Origin: Polyangiales bacterium
GTDB taxonomy: Bacteria; Myxococcota_A; Polyangia; Polyangiales; Polyangiaceae
NCBI GenBank assembly: GCA_038230375.1
Contig: JBBRNJ010000012.1
Location: forward strand, 1-64,000
DNA: 64,000 nucleotides
Reading direction: 5' to 3'
Of the stretch, positions 58,348 to 64,000 are shown in pieces. The translations under genes were made by a program, and so were the position numbers. Under the pieces are notes generated by a model. That model was not told where the DNA came from. It made no database searches and worked only from the letters and a program-made list of their open reading frames with translations. Position 1 is the first letter of the stretch. Every line of letters begins with the position of its first letter.

Positions 58348-61300
58348 CTATTGTCCTATCGCGATTTCGGATTCAAGCAATGCGTCCGACTTGCGAACGA
58401 ACTCCACGAACGAAGCGTAATCATCGCCCGGCATGACGCGGCCCGCCGGAATGTCTACCAGACGGTTCAGGAAGATGGCCTTCCCGCGGATCGAATCGTT
58501 CACCTGCACCACGCGATCCTGGTGCTTCGCCTCACCATGCGGAAGGCTCGACGGCAGCGTAACGCCGTCGGGCACGACGACCTCGAAGTGGACCTCCACA
58601 TGCGACGGGCTGCCGAGCAACATGGGTGTCTGTCGCTTCGGCAGCGTGGCGAGCTCGCCCAGGCGCAGCGGGAAGAGCCCTTTCAGGGTGCGGCGCCCGC
58701 CCTGTGTGCGGACGAGCTCCTTCACCTCTGCGCGCATCTTCACGACGAACGGCTGCGTCACGTCGTCCAGTGCGATGAGCTCCAGCTTGCGCAGCTTGGC
58801 GCCCGGGATGTTGCGGCCAAGGAGCCGCGTCTCCACGAAGTCGTCACGCTGCGCCTCGGGAACACGGGTGAACACGGAGCGCATGCCGATGGCGAGCTTG
58901 CCCGTGTACGTGGACGAGAGGAGCAGGTCCGCGGAGCCGTCGGCGCGCAGATCCGCGCGCCCCTGGAAATCCACGCCGTCCAGCGCGCCCTCGCTCGGGA
59001 TCTTCTCCTGCGGCGTTCCCGCGATCAAGATGGTGACGGGCTGGCCGCGCAGCTCCGCAGGCACGTAGCCGTACGGCGCGAACTTGTCGCGGATCGTGAG
59101 GTAGCGAACGCCGGAGGTCGCTCCTTGCGCCGTGTCCACGCGCAGCACCACGCTGTCGAAGCTCTCTGACTCGCTCATGGGGCCGATGGGGGAGAGCGCG
59201 AGCTTGTTCTTCGCCACGCCGAACTGCACCGGCACTCCGAGCAAGCGGAGGAAGTGATAGAACGCCGACTGCTTCGAGCCGCTCTTTCCGGTGATCACGC
59301 GACGACCGTCGTTCTCGTTGCCGTCCTCCACCTTGTCCATGACGTACTTGTAGACTGCACGGATCTTGTCGTCCGTGCGCGCGATGGAGCCGAACAGGTC
59401 CTTCGACATCTTCTGGAGGCGCGGGTCCAGCGGGATCTCGTCGCTCGTGAGGTCCACGTAGCGCGTGAGCGTGTCGGTGAGCGAGTTGCCCCAGCCGATG
59501 CGCACGCTCGGGAGGAACTCGGTCGCCGGCACCGGATCGGGCTCCTCGGGCGCGGGCGGTGACTCGTCCACGCGCCAGCGCCGTTCGGTGAAGATGCCTT
59601 TGTCCGTGATGGTCGGCTCGGGGACAGCGCCGCGCGTCTCGATCTGCAGCGGCCGGTCCTTTGGCGTGATCGTGATGAACTCGCTGCGCCAGTAGCCCTT
59701 GTCTGGTTCGCGGAAGAACCAGGTGGGGCCACGGTAGATCTTGCCGTGGAGACCGTCGCCGGCTGTGGGGGTGACGTGCTCCATCTCGATGTAGTCGCCC
59801 ACCTCGAGGTGCGGCATGGTCATCGTGGGCTTGCCGGCGACCTCGAGCGGCTCGAGCACGGTTCCATCCGCCTTGATGACGCGGAAGCGAAGCACGAGGC
59901 CGTCGGGCGCCTTCTGCTCCGACTCCTTGCCGATCGCCTCCTGCGACTGGATGCGCTGGATCTCGTGCTCGAGCATCTCGCTCGACCCGTCGGGGTGGAC
60001 GAGCAGCGCCGAGTAGTCCAGGACACGCGCGGCGGTGCCGTCCATGTGCTTGCCGCTCTTCTCCCACGTGATGAAGTCGGCGATGACCTTCTTGCCATCC
60101 ATGCGGTACGGCTCGAGCGCCGTCGCGCCCTCCACCAGCTCCACGGCACTGCGGAGCTCTGTGGTCTTGCCGCCGTTCTGGATCGCCATCGCGAGCGCGT
60201 CGCGAAGCGCGGCGGAATCACCCTTGGCGAACGCGCGGTCCGCGATGCGGAAGCGCGCGGTGGAGTCCGCGGGGTTCTTGGCCAGCGCCTGCTCCAGCTC
60301 GCGCGCGGCCGCGCTGGGATCACCCGAGCGCGAAAGGATGTCCGCCACGCGCGCCGCAATGTCCTTGCGCTCCGGCCTGCGCTTCTCGAGCCGGCGAAGC
60401 TCCGCGATGGCAGAGGGCCAATCGCGACGTGCAAGCGCGCGATCGAGCTGGATCTCCGCGTCGGGCTCCAGCTTCATGATCCGCGCGGCCACCGCGTCTG
60501 CCTCCATCACGGAGCCATCCGCGTCCAGCGCAGTGAGGTATGCACGGAGCGCCCCAGCGTCGCTGGGGAAGCTGTTCTGCAGGTCCTGCAGGGTCTTCAT
60601 GCCCTCCGCGCGCCAGCCGAGCCGCTGATAGATCGCAGCAAGCTCCTCGCGCAGCGCGGGCGTCCGTGGGAACTGCTCCGCGAGCTTCTTGATCGGCTCC
60701 ACGGTCTCGAGCAGACCCTTCTGATCTGCCTGGTCCATGGTGAGCCACGCGCTCGAGTACCAGAGGCTCGGATCCTTCGCGACCGCGCGCGCATGCAGAT
60801 CGTGCTCCTGCTTCCTGCGCGTCTCGTCGCCGTAAATTGGATCGGCGTGCGTGAACGTGGCCGCCATGGAGAGCGCGATCGCCGCCGCGTCGTCCTTCTG
60901 GACGTACGGCTCCAGGATGACGTTCGCCGCATCCGGCAGCGCCTCCACGTTGAGCAGGTACGCCACGAGCGCGGCGCGAACAGGCGCTCCCGCGGTCTTC
61001 TGCTCCACGAAGACGTCGAGCGCGTTCGGGTTCTGCAGCACGGTCATCTCCGACAGACCAAAGGCGGCGCGCGCCTCGGAGCTGGTCGTGACCTTCGCGG
61101 CGGTGCCATCCATGTTGAGGAGACGGATCTGCACGGCGTCGGACGTGGTGGACCCGAGCACGCGATGACGACCAGGCCCCACACGCACGGCCACGCCGAA
61201 GCGCTGCCAGCTGCCCCACTCGCGCGGATCGCGATGGCCGACCTTGACGCCGTCAACCCAGACGTCCACGGACCCTTGCATCGCGACTATCATGTCGCGC

Positions 61301-62133
61301 TGCACCTTGGTCTCCACGAACGTCTCTGCGTAGAAGATCCCATCCTCTGCGCGCTCGGTGCTGGCAACGACGCAGCCGTGCCGCTTGGTGGGCAGGATGT
61401 GGGCGACGCTGCCGCGCATGGGATCCTTCGCCCAGGCCGGCGGCCATGGAGCTTGCTCCGCGCCGAACGAGCGACGTCGATCCGCCGCCACGCCGTGACC
61501 GAATGGTCCCGCGATGCGTACCTCGGTGGCGCACCCCATGCGGGTGGCCATGAGCGTGTCGTGCGCGTCGCCCGTCACCGTGGCGCGCTCGTAAGCGTCC
61601 GACAATGACCAGTCGAACAGCTCCGCGGCGGCGCGCCAGCCAATGTTGCGCGGCGTCTGCACGAGCTTGTCCAGCGTGGCGGCGTGCTTGCCGTAGAGCC
61701 CCGCCACCTGACTACGGAGGTTCTGCAGGTGGTGGGTGGCGAACCACGCGTACAGCGATGCGTCGCGATCGTTCGACGTGCTCGCGGCGGAGAGCGCAGC
61801 GACGTAGCTGTCAGCGGCCTTCTGCGGTTCGCCGTGGGTCTCGTCCCAGAGAGCGCGCGCAGTGCTTGCGCGCATGGCGCCGCCCGCGTCACCGAGCTTC
61901 TTGCGCGCGCCGTCTGCGCGCTTTGCGTCGCCCTGGGGCGAGACCATCTCGTTCATGAGCCACTCGCCGAGCAGCTCCTTGTCCGTGGCGCTCTGCGCGT
62001 CGCTGCGGAGGTCCGCGAGGGACCGTGGAGGCGCGGACTCCTCGAGAACCGGGGTGCACGCGGGCACGCTGGTGGCGGCAACGATGAGCACACCGAGCAG
62101 CCACGCGAAGCCTTGTTTTTGAGGGTATTTCAA
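58348..62133 (-). CDS. Lipoprotein with TPR + DUF3857 + degenerate transglutaminase-like domain
   Basis: VPAC lipobox, TPRs, RVIKADG...MPHLEVGDYIE (DUF3857); Cys/His positions replaced (KSGSKQS, FDSVV). Confidence 0.75.
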   Translation of the reverse strand: MKYPQKQGFAWLLGVLIVAATSVPACTPVLEESAPPRSLADLRSDAQSATDKELLGEWLMNEMVSPQGDAKRADGARKKLGDAGGAMRASTARALWDETHGEPQKAADSYVAALSAASTSNDRDASLYAWFATHHLQNLRSQVAGLYGKHAATLDKLVQTPRNIGWRAAAELFDWSLSDAYERATVTGDAHDTLMATRMGCATEVRIAGPFGHGVAADRRRSFGAEQAPWPPAWAKDPMRGSVAHILPTKRHGCVVASTERAEDGIFYAETFVETKVQRDMIVAMQGSVDVWVDGVKVGHRDPREWGSWQRFGVAVRVGPGRHRVLGSTTSDAVQIRLLNMDGTAAKVTTSSEARAAFGLSEMTVLQNPNALDVFVEQKTAGAPVRAALVAYLLNVEALPDAANVILEPYVQKDDAAAIALSMAATFTHADPIYGDETRRKQEHDLHARAVAKDPSLWYSSAWLTMDQADQKGLLETVEPIKKLAEQFPRTPALREELAAIYQRLGWRAEGMKTLQDLQNSFPSDAGALRAYLTALDADGSVMEADAVAARIMKLEPDAEIQLDRALARRDWPSAIAELRRLEKRRPERKDIAARVADILSRSGDPSAAARELEQALAKNPADSTARFRIADRAFAKGDSAALRDALAMAIQNGGKTTELRSAVELVEGATALEPYRMDGKKVIADFITWEKSGKHMDGTAARVLDYSALLVHPDGSSEMLEHEIQRIQSQEAIGKESEQKAPDGLVLRFRVIKADGTVLEPLEVAGKPTMTMPHLEVGDYIEMEHVTPTAGDGLHGKIYRGPTWFFREPDKGYWRSEFITITPKDRPLQIETRGAVPEPTITDKGIFTERRWRVDESPPAPEEPDPVPATEFLPSVRIGWGNSLTDTLTRYVDLTSDEIPLDPRLQKMSKDLFGSIARTDDKIRAVYKYVMDKVEDGNENDGRRVITGKSGSKQSAFYHFLRLLGVPVQFGVAKNKLALSPIGPMSESESFDSVVLRVDTAQGATSGVRYLTIRDKFAPYGYVPAELRGQPVTILIAGTPQEKIPSEGALDGVDFQGRADLRADGSADLLLSSTYTGKLAIGMRSVFTRVPEAQRDDFVETRLLGRNIPGAKLRKLELIALDDVTQPFVVKMRAEVKELVRTQGGRRTLKGLFPLRLGELATLPKRQTPMLLGSPSHVEVHFEVVVPDGVTLPSSLPHGEAKHQDRVVQVNDSIRGKAIFLNRLVDIPAGRVMPGDDYASFVEFVRKSDALLESEIAIGQ

Positions 62134-64000
62134 CGTGCACCTTGCTGGAAGACGAGCCGCTGACCCAGCGCGCGATCCGCCTCTTCCGCGAACGCGCGGA
62201 GCTGCGCGTACTCGGCGACGGGGATGCGCGTCTTGTCGATCGTGGTCACGGTCTTCACGTGATAGGCGCCCTGCGCGTCCTTCTCCACGGTCACCTTCAC
62301 GCTTCCGTAGACGCTCTTCACTTCGGCTGCGGCGGGTGTGTGGGTCACCTTGGCGTTCGCCGGCAACCGGATGATGAACTCCGTCGTGTCAGTGGTCCTC
62401 GCGGAGATGCGGACGTCGCGCTTGCGCTGCGAGAGCGGCGTGTAGTCACGGACGAAGTGCTCACGCGGACCAGCCGCCATGCTTCGTGCGTCCCCGTCCT
62501 TGCGCGCGAAGTCGGGGGCCTTGCCCTTGGCGTGAAGCGTTGCGGGCGCCTCCACGTTCTCCAGATCGTTGGTCTCTGCGAGGGAGAGCTCGAGCTGCGG
62601 GAACTCGCCGGAGAGATCCTCCTGCGCGCGCTGCTTCTTGGTGTCCGACGCGTGGTAGCGCTGGCGGAACGCGCTGCCGGACACGCCCTTCGCTTCCACC
62701 TTGTAGTCCACGTTCACCGCGCCGTCCGCGAGCACGCTGGTGTCCACGATGCGCTTCACGTTGCTCGCCTCCGCGGGTGGCTCCGGAATGTGGACCAGCT
62801 TCGGCTTGCCTTCGTTCACCAGCAGCGCGAGCGAGCCGCGGTCCATGCTCGGCAGCTCGTCGGAGCCGGTGTACTCGGCGGTGCCGTCCAGGAAGAGGTC
62901 CATGGACGGCACGTATGCGATCGCGTGATCGAACGGCGCCAGACTTGCCGGGTCCGTATCGAAATCACCGCGCTGCCCCGTCCGCACGATCACGATCGTG
63001 GCGGGAATTCCCGCTTCCTTGAGCATGGTGACGATCAGCGTTGCCTTGTCCTTGCAGTCTCCGAAGCCGCGCGAGAAGATCTGCGCGCAGCGATACGGCT
63101 TGAAGCCATGGATGCCGAACTCTAGCGCCACGTAGCGCGTCTTCTGCACGACGTAGTCGTAGATGGCGTTGACCTTGGCGCGAGAGTCGGTGAGGCCCTT
63201 CGTGATCTCCGCCACGCGGCGTCGCACCTCTTCGTCTGCCGTGAACTGATCCTTCACGAGGCCCCAGTACCAGGCACCCATGTCGTCCCACGACTTGAAG
63301 GTGGACACGTGGATGTGGGCCATGGCCTCGGCGGTGGGCGGCGCGTAGGCCTCGGACGGGAGGGCCGGGACGTTGTCGGCGCTCCACTTGTAGATGCGCG
63401 TGTCCGCGGTCTCGGAGACCTCTTTCTTCAGGTTCGGGACCTTGCCGTCGTTCATGAAGAACGTGCGGGCCTTGGGCGTGATGAGCACGTAGTCCGCGCG
63501 GAACGTGGGCTCGTCGTCCTGCATGTAGCGGACCTCGCCGAAGTAGTCGGCGAACTCGTTGCGCTGCGACACGTCCTCCACGCGGTAGAGGAGCTCCACC
63601 ACGTCGCCGGGGTACAAACGGGGAAAGTGCACGTAATAGACGCGCTGGCTCGTGTACGTGGCGATCGTGGGGTTGTCCGCGGGGCCGTCGCCGGTCTCCG
63701 CGGCCTCCTCGATCTGACCGTTCTTGCGGTACACGCGCGCGCCACGCAGCTGCACGGTCTCGGAGTCGGCCTGGTAGCCGAACGCGTACTCGCGCGCGCT
63801 CGCGCACTCGGCGTCCGTGAGCGGCTGGAAGACCAGCTGGTGGAAGCGGCTCGCGAGGCCGTTCGCGAACACCGTGGTCACCTGCAGGTTCTCGAGCGTG
63901 CGGCGCGAGAAGCCCTCGGGCTTTGCCTCCCGCCTTGCCAGGAACTCCGTGGAGGGCCGCGCGTAGGCCTCGTCCGCGCGCTTCTTCTCCGGCTCCGCGT
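62130..64000 (-). CDS. DUF3857 + transglutaminase-like protein, 5' partial
   Basis: Open to the window edge. FPRLYPGDVVEL, RYVALEFG, GFGDCKDKA, FDHAIAY, FLDGT. Confidence 0.88.
   Translation of the reverse strand, partial: AEPEKKRADEAYARPSTEFLARREAKPEGFSRRTLENLQVTTVFANGLASRFHQLVFQPLTDAECASAREYAFGYQADSETVQLRGARVYRKNGQIEEAAETGDGPADNPTIATYTSQRVYYVHFPRLYPGDVVELLYRVEDVSQRNEFADYFGEVRYMQDDEPTFRADYVLITPKARTFFMNDGKVPNLKKEVSETADTRIYKWSADNVPALPSEAYAPPTAEAMAHIHVSTFKSWDDMGAWYWGLVKDQFTADEEVRRRVAEITKGLTDSRAKVNAIYDYVVQKTRYVALEFGIHGFKPYRCAQIFSRGFGDCKDKATLIVTMLKEAGIPATIVIVRTGQRGDFDTDPASLAPFDHAIAYVPSMDLFLDGTAEYTGSDELPSMDRGSLALLVNEGKPKLVHIPEPPAEASNVKRIVDTSVLADGAVNVDYKVEAKGVSGSAFRQRYHASDTKKQRAQEDLSGEFPQLELSLAETNDLENVEAPATLHAKGKAPDFARKDGDARSMAAGPREHFVRDYTPLSQRKRDVRISARTTDTTEFIIRLPANAKVTHTPAAAEVKSVYGSVKVTVEKDAQGAYHVKTVTTIDKTRIPVAEYAQLRAFAEEADRALGQRLVFQQGAR

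Overview
A high-GC chromosomal window. The gene repertoire (PEGA/TPR proteins, eukaryote-like Ser/Thr kinase, Cys-rich lipoproteins, DUF4388, ferritin-like lipoprotein) points to Myxococcota, probably Polyangiales; this is an inference. The window appears to span the replication origin. An intergenic tract at about 9015-9428 has degenerate phased DnaA boxes and a box-GGCC-trio-AT-rich unwinding module, directly upstream of dnaN-recF-gyrB. dnaA and gyrA are absent from the window. Two perfect parS-type palindromes (GTTTCACGTGAAAC) lie about 15-16 kb away, inside bioD and at the 5' end of bioF. Other content includes a ccmF-ccmH fusion with two unusual accessory genes, clpB, moxR-DUF58-transglutaminase, aroC-aroKB-lipoprotein-zapA-bioFD, pyrH, a PPIase, a KamA-family radical SAM enzyme, a kinase/PEGA/lipoprotein cluster, pccB, a PilZ protein, tsaD, a giant TPR/HEAT protein, a DUF362-CBM9 fusion, an AidB-like dehydrogenase and a DUF3857/transglutaminase pair. 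The best candidate for an undescribed system is a dapF-coupled two-gene signalling module built almost entirely from degenerate domains (REC-GAF-GGDEF*-DICT-like, and REC*-DUF4388-pseudo-GTPase). No rRNA, tRNA, CRISPR array or transposase was recognised. All family calls come from motif recognition by eye, not from database searches.
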